Sequence record: NC_019500.1
Origin: Escherichia phage Bp7
Reading direction: 5' to 3' (one strand)
DNA: 64,000 nt
In this document: piece by piece, positions 9,238 to 18,156 of the stretch
How the letters are laid out: each line of letters opens with the position of its first letter
Numbering within the stretch: the first letter of the stretch is position 1
Made by a program: the position numbers and the translations under genes
Notes under the pieces: model-generated
Told to the model about the DNA's origin: nothing
What the model saw: the letters and a program-made list of their open reading frames with translations, nothing else
Database searches by the model: none

Positions 9238-10911
9238 ATGAAAAAGGTTGTTATTTTAGGCGCAGGTCTTGGCTCACGGTTGTATCCAATTACTAACGAA
9301 ATCCCGAAGGTATTGGTTAACTACAAACAACATACAGTACTAAAACATTTGTATGATTTGTATAGTAACCAATCAGATGAAATCATTTTGGTAATTCATA
9401 GCAAATTTAATGACCTTGTTAAGGGTTACATTAAATCCATTAACATGATTACCAGTGATAAGCCTAAATTCATTATTCGTAACGTAGATGTTGCCAATGG
9501 TTCAGCTCATGCTATCGATTGCATTGCTGAAGATATCATCGGGCACAACGTCCTGTTTAACTGGTGTGACATCATTCCTGAGGGTCATAAAGTTGAGTGG
9601 GATAACGACTACTGTTATACCTACGGGACTGACTGTCGTTTTACATTTGAAGAACCGTATTTGCGTGAAATTGGTACCGGCGGTGGTGTGGTTGGTTTGT
9701 ATCAGGTGGCTAATTGGACAGGTTTCGACCGTTCTAATTATGGTGAAGACCTTGCCGACAACCTGGATTCGATGGTCTATTTGACTGAACGTAAGCTGGA
9801 CTTTGTAGTTGATGTAGGTGACAAACTGAAACTGGCTAAGGCCCATGAAGATTCCGAAATTAACCGTGAATTTAATAAATTAGAGTTCACTGAGAATCTG
9901 GCTATTAAAGTACCAACTAACGAATTAGGTAAAGAAATCCAATCTAAAGAAATCAATTGGTACAATTCTATTGATTCTGAATTCGTTCCGAGCATTGTAG
10001 ACTTTGCTCCAGGTGAATTCATTAAAATGGAACGTATCTTTGGACGCACCATGGCAGATGCCTACCGGTTTATGTCTAAAGAAACTAAAGTCCTCATGGT
10101 TTATAAGGTCATTAGTGCATTACGTTCATTTGGTGGAACCATCGATAATCCATCTGATGAGCAATGGTATTCTGATGTTAAGAAAGAAGTATTGGACAAG
10201 GTCCTTATTCGTAATGCTTCTATTGCTGGATTGATTGAAGGCTTTGCTCCACAGGGCATTACCCATGTCAATGACTTTAAGGTAGGCGACCCGGAAAAAC
10301 TTCTTCGTCACGCCTTAGAAATTCTGTCTGAACATAAAGAACCGTACCAACTTATTCATGGCGACCCGCACTACAGTAATATTATGTTGTCGGACGAAGG
10401 TAATATTAAAATCATCGACCCACGTGGTTATTTTGGTAATAGTTCTAAAGGCCCTGCGATTTATGATGAAGCTAAGGTGCTTTATTCTATCGATGGCTAT
10501 GACAAATTTAACTCTGACCCTCTATGGGGTGGCTTAACTCGTAACGGAACTCGTGTATTCGTTGATATTGAAAAGGTTATGCCTTTAGATGATATTCCAA
10601 TGTGTACATTTAAGCACAAGCTCTGGATTGCTGTTATCTGGATGGCACTGGCAGGTTACTTTAAAAATAACCCTCTGAAAGCTCTGGGTGCTTATTACAA
10701 TGGGCTATATCAACTGAGTGTGCTGCTGAAGCGGCATCCTCGTAAGCGTAAGCTTATCACAGGTGAATTCGTCGATGAAGTTCGCGACCCTATCACGGCT
10801 CAAATTATCACTCGTTGTCCTGATAAGTGGGTTTTGCTTGACCAGGAAACTGGTGTAAAATATAAACCTACAGGTTCTACCGAACTCCACAAACAATGGA
10901 AGAAAATTTAA
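9238..10911 (+). CDS. bifunctional nucleotidyltransferase (N-terminal) / APH-like kinase (C-terminal) fusion
   Basis: N-terminal ILGAGLGSRL (G-x-G-x-R-L sugar-phosphate nucleotidyltransferase motif); C-terminal HGDPHYSNIMLSDEGNIKIIDPRG (Brenner-type kinase catalytic loop). Confidence 0.55.
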   Translation: MKKVVILGAGLGSRLYPITNEIPKVLVNYKQHTVLKHLYDLYSNQSDEIILVIHSKFNDLVKGYIKSINMITSDKPKFIIRNVDVANGSAHAIDCIAEDIIGHNVLFNWCDIIPEGHKVEWDNDYCYTYGTDCRFTFEEPYLREIGTGGGVVGLYQVANWTGFDRSNYGEDLADNLDSMVYLTERKLDFVVDVGDKLKLAKAHEDSEINREFNKLEFTENLAIKVPTNELGKEIQSKEINWYNSIDSEFVPSIVDFAPGEFIKMERIFGRTMADAYRFMSKETKVLMVYKVISALRSFGGTIDNPSDEQWYSDVKKEVLDKVLIRNASIAGLIEGFAPQGITHVNDFKVGDPEKLLRHALEILSEHKEPYQLIHGDPHYSNIMLSDEGNIKIIDPRGYFGNSSKGPAIYDEAKVLYSIDGYDKFNSDPLWGGLTRNGTRVFVDIEKVMPLDDIPMCTFKHKLWIAVIWMALAGYFKNNPLKALGAYYNGLYQLSVLLKRHPRKRKLITGEFVDEVRDPITAQIITRCPDKWVLLDQETGVKYKPTGSTELHKQWKKI

Positions 10912-11270
10912 TGCATCTGTGTTTTGATATCGATAATACCATTACTCACTGGCAAGATGACCGTGATTACGAAAACTTTAAACCGGACACCGAAATGGTG
11001 TCCATGATTAATAAGCTTTATGATGAAGGGTACGAGATTACCTTGTTCACTGCCCGTGGTATGACTTCATGCGGCCCAGGTCGAATCTTGGTTGAAGTAG
11101 TTCCTGCATTAGTTAAGAACCTTGAAAAGATTGGATTGAAATATCACAATCTGCTTACACATAAGCCGAGTTATACTTTTATCATCGATGACCGAGCAAT
11201 CCGTCCTGACCACTTTAAAGAAATGGTTCGTGAAGGAACTCTTGAAACCTATAAGGCATATCATCCGTGA
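10911..11270 (+). CDS. HAD-superfamily phosphatase (small)
   Basis: DxDxT motif in MHLCFDIDNTI, FTARG and IIDDR motifs; alternative start at 10896. Confidence 0.5.
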   Translation: MHLCFDIDNTITHWQDDRDYENFKPDTEMVSMINKLYDEGYEITLFTARGMTSCGPGRILVEVVPALVKNLEKIGLKYHNLLTHKPSYTFIIDDRAIRPDHFKEMVREGTLETYKAYHP

Positions 11271-11803
11271 AACCAAAAATCATTGTTATCGACGGCCCGG
11301 ATAATTCCGGGAAGTCTACTTTAATTGAATCACTTTTATCTGATAAGAAATATCGTCTTATTGATTTCCCTAAAAAGATTAATGGCAAATGCATTTCATT
11401 AGGGACTGATAATGACAAGGCTTTAGTCGAGACGTTGTATAAGTTTTTAGACCCTAATTTTGTCTACATCTTAGACCGTGGGTATCCTAGTAATATTGTT
11501 TACTCTGGATTCCTTCGTGGTGAAATGGACCCTTATGTAGAACTGGAAGATTGGAAAGGGTTTAAATCTGAATTCAATATTATTGAGGTTATTTTAACCC
11601 GTAATCCACTGGATAAAGACTTTGAAGATGACCTTATTAAATTAACCAAAGATGAGTTCAACCTAACTATCCGGCAATATGAAACATGTTTTGAAAACGT
11701 GTTTAAAATCTTAAATCACGACGGCCATAATAACTTGCTTAACGTCGATATGGTAGAATTAAAACGTCTGAATGAATATATTGAAAATAAGGTGAATAAA
11801 TGA
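11267..11803 (+). CDS. P-loop nucleoside/nucleotide kinase, thymidylate-kinase-like
   Basis: Walker A IVIDGPDNSGKST and a DRGY...S motif (TMPK DRY-like). Confidence 0.5.
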   Translation: MKPKIIVIDGPDNSGKSTLIESLLSDKKYRLIDFPKKINGKCISLGTDNDKALVETLYKFLDPNFVYILDRGYPSNIVYSGFLRGEMDPYVELEDWKGFKSEFNIIEVILTRNPLDKDFEDDLIKLTKDEFNLTIRQYETCFENVFKILNHDGHNNLLNVDMVELKRLNEYIENKVNK

Positions 11804-12498
11804 AACACATTACCGCTGTTAGTTTTGAAAACGCGTTTAAGCAAATGAACGAAGAAATCCTGGAAGCTCCACAGTTTGCAGTTGATTCTCGTATCGGCCG
11901 TTGTTATGAAATTGGTTCTGCTTCGGTAGAAGTACTGGATGCAAGCACCTATAAATTCACCGACCCTCGTATTAATCGTATCAACTATGATTATGCCGAA
12001 TCTTTCTGGAAGTTTATGATTTCTGGTGGTACTGACGCCACCGAAGCATTTAAGGAATACCCTAATGTTGCTAAGTTCATTGATAAGCCGAAAAGTGACG
12101 TATTGCCTGCAAACTTCAACACTTTCTATGGACCTAGAATTGTGGCCCAACTCCCAGCCCTACTTAAAGAGCTTAAAGAAAAGCCTAACTCGAGACGAGT
12201 TGTGTTCCAAATTCTCCAAGAACAAGACCAAGCCCTCCTTGATTCTGACGAATCCTTAGAATATCCATGTACCGATTCGGTGACATATTATATTCGTGAT
12301 GGACGTCTGTATGCACACACCCATATGCGTTCACAGAACTGTGCTATCGTTATGCAGCTGGATTTCTATCTGCAGGGTAAACTGATGGCCTTTATTGCTG
12401 AACAGTGTGGTGTTGGTCTGGGTACATATTCCCATACTATGGTTAGTGCACATGTATTTGAACGTGATTTTGACTACGTTCGAGGATTCCTGAAATGA
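11800..12498 (+). CDS. 42: pyrimidine hydroxymethylase, gene-42-like (thymidylate synthase fold)
   Basis: YPCTDSVTYYIRD and HMRSQNCAIVMQLDFYLQ resemble the T4 gp42 catalytic Cys region; lies between 43 and uvsX. Confidence 0.6.
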   Translation: MKHITAVSFENAFKQMNEEILEAPQFAVDSRIGRCYEIGSASVEVLDASTYKFTDPRINRINYDYAESFWKFMISGGTDATEAFKEYPNVAKFIDKPKSDVLPANFNTFYGPRIVAQLPALLKELKEKPNSRRVVFQILQEQDQALLDSDESLEYPCTDSVTYYIRDGRLYAHTHMRSQNCAIVMQLDFYLQGKLMAFIAEQCGVGLGTYSHTMVSAHVFERDFDYVRGFLK

Positions 12499-13388
12499 GT
12501 TTGTTTATCGTTCCTATTTTCAGTATGCGTAGTTACGAAACAGGTGAATATGCCGTCCTTAAGGACGGTAATTTTCAACTCCATTTAAACCGTGCTTGCC
12601 CAGGTGATTATCTGGCTTATCCTAGAAATTCGAGCGATATCAAAGAATGCATTGAATTATTTCCTGAACTGAATTTTGTACCTCTTTGGTATAAAGAAAA
12701 TGCTTATGAAACTCGTAAACATTTTTGGTCTGAAAATGAGTTCGTTGTTGATTCGTTAATCGAATACTATGACTGCTCAGGATTGGTAACCGATATCACA
12801 GGTTATGAGGGTACCCAGACTGTACAATTCAACTTTAACATTACAATGGACCCTGAAGTTCCTCGTTATTATATTGATGAGTTCATTGATATCGACGTGT
12901 CTTCAGTTGAACGTTCGATTTATACTACAGTCTTGAATCAATGTCAGAAAGACGTCCTGGTGACACGAGGTGCGTCCTCTGATAAGATTTTTGTAGACCA
13001 AAAGGTAATTAATCCGGCAGTAATTGAGCGTTACTCTGAAGGTCTAGCGCCTATTAAAATTGATGGTATTTTCCATCCATTCCGTATCTCTGATAAATGC
13101 TATCAATTCGAAAGAGTTGTAGACCAAGCTGCGGCTGAAGGTTCTCGCCTTTATATCACCGATCCGAATGATTCATTTAAACGTGAAGACTATCGTCCTG
13201 ATGTAGAGATTATTAAATTCAAACCGAGTAAGGTTGAATATTATCAGATTCTGAAATCAAGACCTCATATCATTTATCATGAGAATCCTGGTTTAGTATT
13301 CCATCCAGGTCTAGCCGAATTCATTTATTTCGGTGCCCATATCCATTCTGAGCACGAAATGCCAAGTTATGAGGACGTGGTCCTTTAA
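12495..13388 (+). CDS. hypothetical protein at the position of T4 beta-glucosyltransferase; candidate DNA sugar transferase
   Basis: 297 aa, start overlaps the 42-like stop (ATGA); no motif recognised, assignment is positional only. Confidence 0.3.
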   Translation: MSLFIVPIFSMRSYETGEYAVLKDGNFQLHLNRACPGDYLAYPRNSSDIKECIELFPELNFVPLWYKENAYETRKHFWSENEFVVDSLIEYYDCSGLVTDITGYEGTQTVQFNFNITMDPEVPRYYIDEFIDIDVSSVERSIYTTVLNQCQKDVLVTRGASSDKIFVDQKVINPAVIERYSEGLAPIKIDGIFHPFRISDKCYQFERVVDQAAAEGSRLYITDPNDSFKREDYRPDVEIIKFKPSKVEYYQILKSRPHIIYHENPGLVFHPGLAEFIYFGAHIHSEHEMPSYEDVVL

Positions 13389-13413
13389 CGCTGTAAATGT
13401 GAAGTGATATAAT
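13384..13413 (+). promoter_or_regulatory. promoter upstream of uvsX
   Basis: tttaac, 18 bp, tgaTATAAT, then ccctatc. Confidence 0.3.
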
Positions 13414-13465
13414 TACCCTATCTTAAAACGTGAGTAAAATATAATGATGCCTATGGAAAAATATA

Positions 13466-14647
13466 ATGTCTGATTTAAAATCCCGTTTGATTAAAGCTTC
13501 TACTTCTAAAATGACCGCCGACCTGACCAAATCTAAATTGTTTAATGGTCGTGACGAAGTTCCTACTCGTATCCCTATGCTGAATATTGCATTGGGCGGT
13601 GCGTTGAATGCAGGCTTACAATCAGGTTTGACAATCTTTGCTGCTCCATCTAAACACTTTAAAACGTTGTTTGGACTTACCATGGTTGCGGCATATATGA
13701 AGAAATATCCAGACGCAATTTGTTTGTTCTATGACTCTGAGTTTGGTGCTTCAGAATCTTATTTCCGTTCGATGGGTGTTGATTTGGAACGTGTGGTTCA
13801 TACACCAATCCAGTCAGTCGAACAGCTTAAAGTTGATATGACCAACCAGTTAGAAGAAATTACTCGTGGCGAAAAGGTTATTATCTTTATCGACTCCATT
13901 GGTAACACTGCTTCTAAGAAAGAAACCGAAGATGCTTTGAACGAGAAAGTTGTAGGTGATATGACTCGTGCTAAATCACTGAAATCTCTGTTCCGTATCG
14001 TAACACCTTATCTGACCATCAAAGATATCCCTTGTGTAGCAATTAACCACACGGCTATGGAAATTGGTGGAATGTACCCTAAAGAGATTATGGGTGGTGG
14101 TACTGGTATTCTGTACTCTGCTTCTACCGTGTTCTTTATCTCTAAACGTCAGGTTAAAGATGGTACTGAGCTCACTGGTTATGACTTCACACTGAAGGCC
14201 GAGAAATCTCGTACGGTTAAAGAGAAATCAACGTTCCCGATTACAGTGAACTTCGAAGGTGGTATCGACCCATTCAGTGGATTGCTTGAAATGGCTACTG
14301 ATATTGGCTTTGTCGTGAAACCTAAAGCTGGCTGGTATAATCGTGCATTCCTTGACGAAACCACAGGCGAAATGGTTCAAGAAGAAAAAGCATGGCGTGC
14401 TAAAGCTACCGATTGTGTTGAGTTCTGGGGACCGCTGTTTAAACATGCTCCGTTCCGTGAAGCAATCGAGAATAAGTATAAGCTTGGTGCAATTAATTCT
14501 ATTAAAGAAGTTGACGATGCGGTAAATGACCTTATTAACTCTCGTGTCTCTAAGAACGTTGCTGTTAAATTAAGCGGAAATACCCAAAGCGCCGCTGATA
14601 TCGAAAACGATTTAGAAAATATGAATTTTGTGAGCGACCATGACTGA
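13466..14647 (+). CDS. uvsX: UvsX recombinase (RecA-like)
   Basis: MSDLKSRLIKASTSKMTADLTKSKLFNGRDEVPTRIPMLNIALGG is near-identical to T4 UvsX. Confidence 0.95.
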   Translation: MSDLKSRLIKASTSKMTADLTKSKLFNGRDEVPTRIPMLNIALGGALNAGLQSGLTIFAAPSKHFKTLFGLTMVAAYMKKYPDAICLFYDSEFGASESYFRSMGVDLERVVHTPIQSVEQLKVDMTNQLEEITRGEKVIIFIDSIGNTASKKETEDALNEKVVGDMTRAKSLKSLFRIVTPYLTIKDIPCVAINHTAMEIGGMYPKEIMGGGTGILYSASTVFFISKRQVKDGTELTGYDFTLKAEKSRTVKEKSTFPITVNFEGGIDPFSGLLEMATDIGFVVKPKAGWYNRAFLDETTGEMVQEEKAWRAKATDCVEFWGPLFKHAPFREAIENKYKLGAINSIKEVDDAVNDLINSRVSKNVAVKLSGNTQSAADIENDLENMNFVSDHD

Positions 14648-14969
14648 TTTATCTGATTTAGATAATTTTGTTAAAGATACCGAAGAGGGTCCTAGTGACC
14701 CTCGTTATTATGAGAAATCGTTAGATATAATCCGTAAGTCAATGGGTTCTGTTAAGCAGGAAATTATGCTTACTTTACCCGATGGCACTGCTCACATCGT
14801 TTATGTGATGAATATTGTTATTGAGAAAGATGGAAAAGTGTCGGTTGATTTCGGAACACCTTCCGAAGACCGAAAAGAAGAGCTAGCGCTTCATGTAGAA
14901 AAATGTGTTACAATGCAAATACAAGAAGAACTGGATAAAATTAAATCTAAGAGGTGGTGGAAGTGGTAG
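14640..14969 (+). CDS. 40: gp40-like head assembly protein
   Basis: 109-aa ORF between uvsX and 41. Confidence 0.5.
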   Translation: MTDLSDLDNFVKDTEEGPSDPRYYEKSLDIIRKSMGSVKQEIMLTLPDGTAHIVYVMNIVIEKDGKVSVDFGTPSEDRKEELALHVEKCVTMQIQEELDKIKSKRWWKW

Positions 14970-16393
14970 AAACTATTTTGGCTCAACTGCTAGGCAATAG
15001 TGATTATTTCACTAAGGTCTGGCCTTATATGAATGATTCTTATTTTGACCAGGGTCCTGCAAAGACCCTTTTCAAAGAAATTAAAAAACACGTCAATGAA
15101 TATAATGCAGTGCCTTCTAAGAACGCGCTGAGCATTGCATTAGATAACAGTACGCTTTCAGAAGTTGAACATCAAGGCGCTAAAGAGCTTTTAAGTTCAC
15201 TGAATGCCGGACCTGAAGACCAAGAATGGTTGGTTAAAGAGACGGAGAAATACGTTCAGAAAGCAGCGATGTATAATGCAACTTCAAAAATCATTGAAAT
15301 CCAAACTAATGCCGACCTTCCGGTTGAGCAACAAAATAGAAAACTTCCAGGTATTGGTGCTATTCCGGATATCATGCGTGATGCATTATCGATTTGTTTC
15401 GATTCTGAATTAGGTCATGACTGGATGGATGACTATGAAGAACGTTTCAAAAGTTATTCTGATAAAGCACGTAAGGTTCCGTTCCGTCTTAATATTCTGA
15501 ATAAGATTACCAAAGGTGGTGCCGAGTTTGGTACTGAAAACGTATTGTTGGCAGGAACAAACGTAGGTAAGTCTCTTGGTCTTTGTTCATTGGCTGCTGA
15601 TTATCTTCAATCTGGTTACGATGTTCTTTATATCTCCATGGAGATGGCAGAGGAAGTATGTGCTAAGCGTATCGATGCCAACCTTCTGGATGTATCACTG
15701 GATGATATCGATGATGGCCACGTCTCTTGGCCTGAATATAAAGCTAAGATGGATAAATGGCGTTCAACTGCTACTTTAGGTCGTTTAAAGATTAAACAGT
15801 ATCCTACTGGTGGTGCTAATGCCGATACATTCCGTGCATTATTAAACGAATACAAGCTCAAACAAAACTTTGTCCCTCAGGTTGTTATCGTCGACTACTT
15901 GGCTATCTGCGCATCGTCTCGTACGAAAGTTTTCTCTGAAAACAGTTACGGATTGATTAAGATGGTTGCTGAAGAACTACGTGGACTTGCAGTAGAGAAG
16001 AAATTATTGCTGTGGACAGCCGCCCAGACTACTCGTGGTGCAAACGTTGCAGCCGAAATCGATATGGCTGATATTGCTGAATCATTTGGTATTGCACATA
16101 CTGCAGACTTCATGTTGGGTGTGGTCGAGACAGAAGAGTTTGCTCAGATGGGTATGCAGATGGTTAAGCAGCTTAAATCTCGTTATGGTGATAAGAGCTA
16201 CTACAACAAATTTAAGATTGGTGTTAAGAAAGGAAATCAGCGTTGGTACGAAGTTGAAGATGATTCCAACCCGGGCCCAGTGAACACTGTTCGTGAGGCC
16301 ACAGGTGAGATGAATCGTCAAGCCGAGGTCAATCGACAGACGCGTGTTAATAGAAGTGATTTGGACGATTTAGCAGCATCTATCAAATTTTAA
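14954..16393 (+). CDS. 41: gp41 replicative DNA helicase (DnaB-like)
   Basis: 479 aa; LAGTNVGKSLGLCSLAADYL Walker A; co-linear with T4 gp41. Confidence 0.95.
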   Translation: MVEVVETILAQLLGNSDYFTKVWPYMNDSYFDQGPAKTLFKEIKKHVNEYNAVPSKNALSIALDNSTLSEVEHQGAKELLSSLNAGPEDQEWLVKETEKYVQKAAMYNATSKIIEIQTNADLPVEQQNRKLPGIGAIPDIMRDALSICFDSELGHDWMDDYEERFKSYSDKARKVPFRLNILNKITKGGAEFGTENVLLAGTNVGKSLGLCSLAADYLQSGYDVLYISMEMAEEVCAKRIDANLLDVSLDDIDDGHVSWPEYKAKMDKWRSTATLGRLKIKQYPTGGANADTFRALLNEYKLKQNFVPQVVIVDYLAICASSRTKVFSENSYGLIKMVAEELRGLAVEKKLLLWTAAQTTRGANVAAEIDMADIAESFGIAHTADFMLGVVETEEFAQMGMQMVKQLKSRYGDKSYYNKFKIGVKKGNQRWYEVEDDSNPGPVNTVREATGEMNRQAEVNRQTRVNRSDLDDLAASIKF

Positions 16394-16417
16394 GGAGCTT
16401 CGGCTCCTTTTTTGTTT
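16393..16417 (+). terminator. intrinsic terminator with UUCG tetraloop
   Basis: aggagcTTCGgctcc followed by tttttgtttt. Confidence 0.6.
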
Positions 16418-16422
16418 TAAGG

Positions 16423-16451
16423 GTTTACATCTCCTGTAGGCGTGATACTAT
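16423..16451 (+). promoter_or_regulatory. early promoter cassette
   Basis: gtttac, 17 bp, tgaTACTAT, tagacctatcaact. Confidence 0.5.
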
Positions 16452-16475
16452 AGACCTATCAACTTGGAGAACAAA

Positions 16476-16793
16476 ATGAAAACCATCGACTGTAAAGCAG
16501 AATACAAAGTATATTATCACGGAAGTTGTAGTGTCGCTAATATCGGTAATATGCTTTGTCCTCCTGAGGAAACAGGAGTTCTGTCTGAAACCGGTCGTAA
16601 GAAAAACCTAAATCGTGTGTTCTTTACTGAAGATATCGGTTTGGCTAAGATTTATGCTGGACGTGCAGCTCGTTCAGTGGGAGGAGAACCTCGTCTTTAT
16701 CGTGTAATTGCTCCGGTAGATGTGGTTTGTTTAAATGATACTAAAGGCGCTACGGTTTATCATGCTGAATGGGCCTTCTGTGAGGAAATCTAA
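16476..16793 (+). CDS. small protein with Arr-like (rifampin ADP-ribosyltransferase-like) motif pattern
   Basis: YYHGS ... KIYAG ... LYRVIAPVD in a 105-aa protein; carried on its own promoter-terminator cassette between 41 and dmd. Confidence 0.3.
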   Translation: MKTIDCKAEYKVYYHGSCSVANIGNMLCPPEETGVLSETGRKKNLNRVFFTEDIGLAKIYAGRAARSVGGEPRLYRVIAPVDVVCLNDTKGATVYHAEWAFCEEI

Positions 16794-16988
16794 ATGTCTG
16801 AATCAATTAAAGTAAAATTTGTCGGCCATTTCGCCAACGGTGATACCGCTACCAAAGAAGCTTCAGTGCGTGAAAACGATATTGTGTGGGTGGCTACCCA
16901 ATTCGCTGAAGTCAATAGTATTCTAGTCAAGGCCTATGTCGACGACGTAGAAGTTTATGAACACGATGCTCGCATTGAGGAAATCTAA
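16794..16988 (+). CDS. dmd: Dmd-like antitoxin (inhibitor of RnlA/LsoA)
   Basis: 64 aa; VKFVGHFANG...VWVATQFAEVNSILVKAYVDD resembles T4 Dmd; position next to 41. Confidence 0.5.
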   Translation: MSESIKVKFVGHFANGDTATKEASVRENDIVWVATQFAEVNSILVKAYVDDVEVYEHDARIEEI

Positions 16989-17129
16989 ATGGAAGAATTT
17001 GAATGTGTAGTATGTGGTTGTTCGGTCTGTGAAGACCAGGCAGTATTTGATGCTTGGGACAACGCAACCTGTTTAGACTGTGACAGCGAATTCGAAGAAA
17101 TTGCCCATAAACATGAAGGTGAGGAATAA
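16989..17129 (+). CDS. small Cys-rich (CxxC...CxxC) zinc-ribbon-like protein
   Basis: 46 aa, MEEFECVVCGCSVCED...CLDCD; start overlaps the dmd stop. Confidence 0.3.
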   Translation: MEEFECVVCGCSVCEDQAVFDAWDNATCLDCDSEFEEIAHKHEGEE

Positions 17130-17369
17130 ATGAATATTACCTTAATGAAACCAACTCCTAGTTCTTTTTGGAATAAATCTTTCGGTAAGCATAATATGTT
17201 TATCCAACGTACCGTAAACAACTGGGAACTAGTTCTTTCAGTCGGTCACAACGATTATGAACAAGAATACGTAGAGTTCTTCGAATTTCCTGTGAAGCCC
17301 ACTAAGCGTCAGATTCGTCAGACAAAACGTAAATTCCGTAAAATTTCTTTGGAAGATTCATTAAAATAA
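17130..17369 (+). CDS. hypothetical protein
   Basis: 79-aa ORF. Confidence 0.35.
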   Translation: MNITLMKPTPSSFWNKSFGKHNMFIQRTVNNWELVLSVGHNDYEQEYVEFFEFPVKPTKRQIRQTKRKFRKISLEDSLK

Positions 17370-17370
17370 A

Positions 17371-17400
17371 GTTTACAACGGTCTATGGTAGTGATACTAT
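17371..17400 (+). promoter_or_regulatory. early promoter cassette
   Basis: gtttac, 18 bp, tgaTACTAT, ggacctatcaact, gaggag. Confidence 0.45.
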
Positions 17401-17428
17401 GGACCTATCAACTACCGAGGAGAACATT

Positions 17429-17722
17429 ATGAAAAAGTTATTAATCGCAGCAATCCTTACAGTAGCATCATGTGGCACAGCTCCAGTTACGGCTGGATTG
17501 GATAAAGACCTGTGTGAATGGTCTATGACTGCAGACCAAGAATCAGTCGAACATCAGATTTATGCCGATATCATGAACATCACTAAACGCGACCGCCCTG
17601 ATATGGTTAAAGAAGTGTCAGACCAATTGGCTTCAAGCGGTGTTATGCAATATAACTATGTTTTGTATTGCGATGCCAATTTCGATAACAAAAATATCGT
17701 TAAAGAGGTGACAGGTGAATAA
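17429..17722 (+). CDS. sp: Spackle (Sp) periplasmic superinfection-exclusion protein
   Basis: 97 aa; signal/lipobox MKKLLIAAILTVASC; DKDLCEWSMTADQ and QYNYVLYCD resemble T4 Sp. Confidence 0.6.
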   Translation: MKKLLIAAILTVASCGTAPVTAGLDKDLCEWSMTADQESVEHQIYADIMNITKRDRPDMVKEVSDQLASSGVMQYNYVLYCDANFDNKNIVKEVTGE

Positions 17723-18155
17723 GATTAACAGAAATTTAGTTATCAAAAAACTTCGTTGTAAAAATCCAAATGCACAAGCATACAGGATGTTTTGGAGCGA
17801 CGACCACCAGTACCTAGGTTATTTTCTTGTTGATAGTGATAATATAATTACGTTTGCTCATAAACTTCTTAACAAAGAATTAAACCATTGGCAAGAACTT
17901 ATTGCAGTGAGGTCTAAATTGTTTTCACGTAATGCAATGCACCAATTGGTTTATTTTTTCGCTGAAGGTATTCCTGACAAGGTCGAGTTTGATGGATTCG
18001 AATTTAAAGATATCCTCCCGGACAACGAATTGAACGACTGCATTAATATAGATGTCCCTAGCAAGTATATCAAAAATAGCCTGTTGAAAATTCTGGAAGC
18101 CCCAGTTTATTCAATTGACGACCAGATTTTTAATGCCTTTATGAATCGAGGTTAA
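17715..18155 (+). CDS. hypothetical protein (61.2 position)
   Basis: 146-aa ORF; GTG start overlapping the sp stop. Confidence 0.35.
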   Translation: MNKINRNLVIKKLRCKNPNAQAYRMFWSDDHQYLGYFLVDSDNIITFAHKLLNKELNHWQELIAVRSKLFSRNAMHQLVYFFAEGIPDKVEFDGFEFKDILPDNELNDCINIDVPSKYIKNSLLKILEAPVYSIDDQIFNAFMNRG

Positions 18156-18156
18156 T

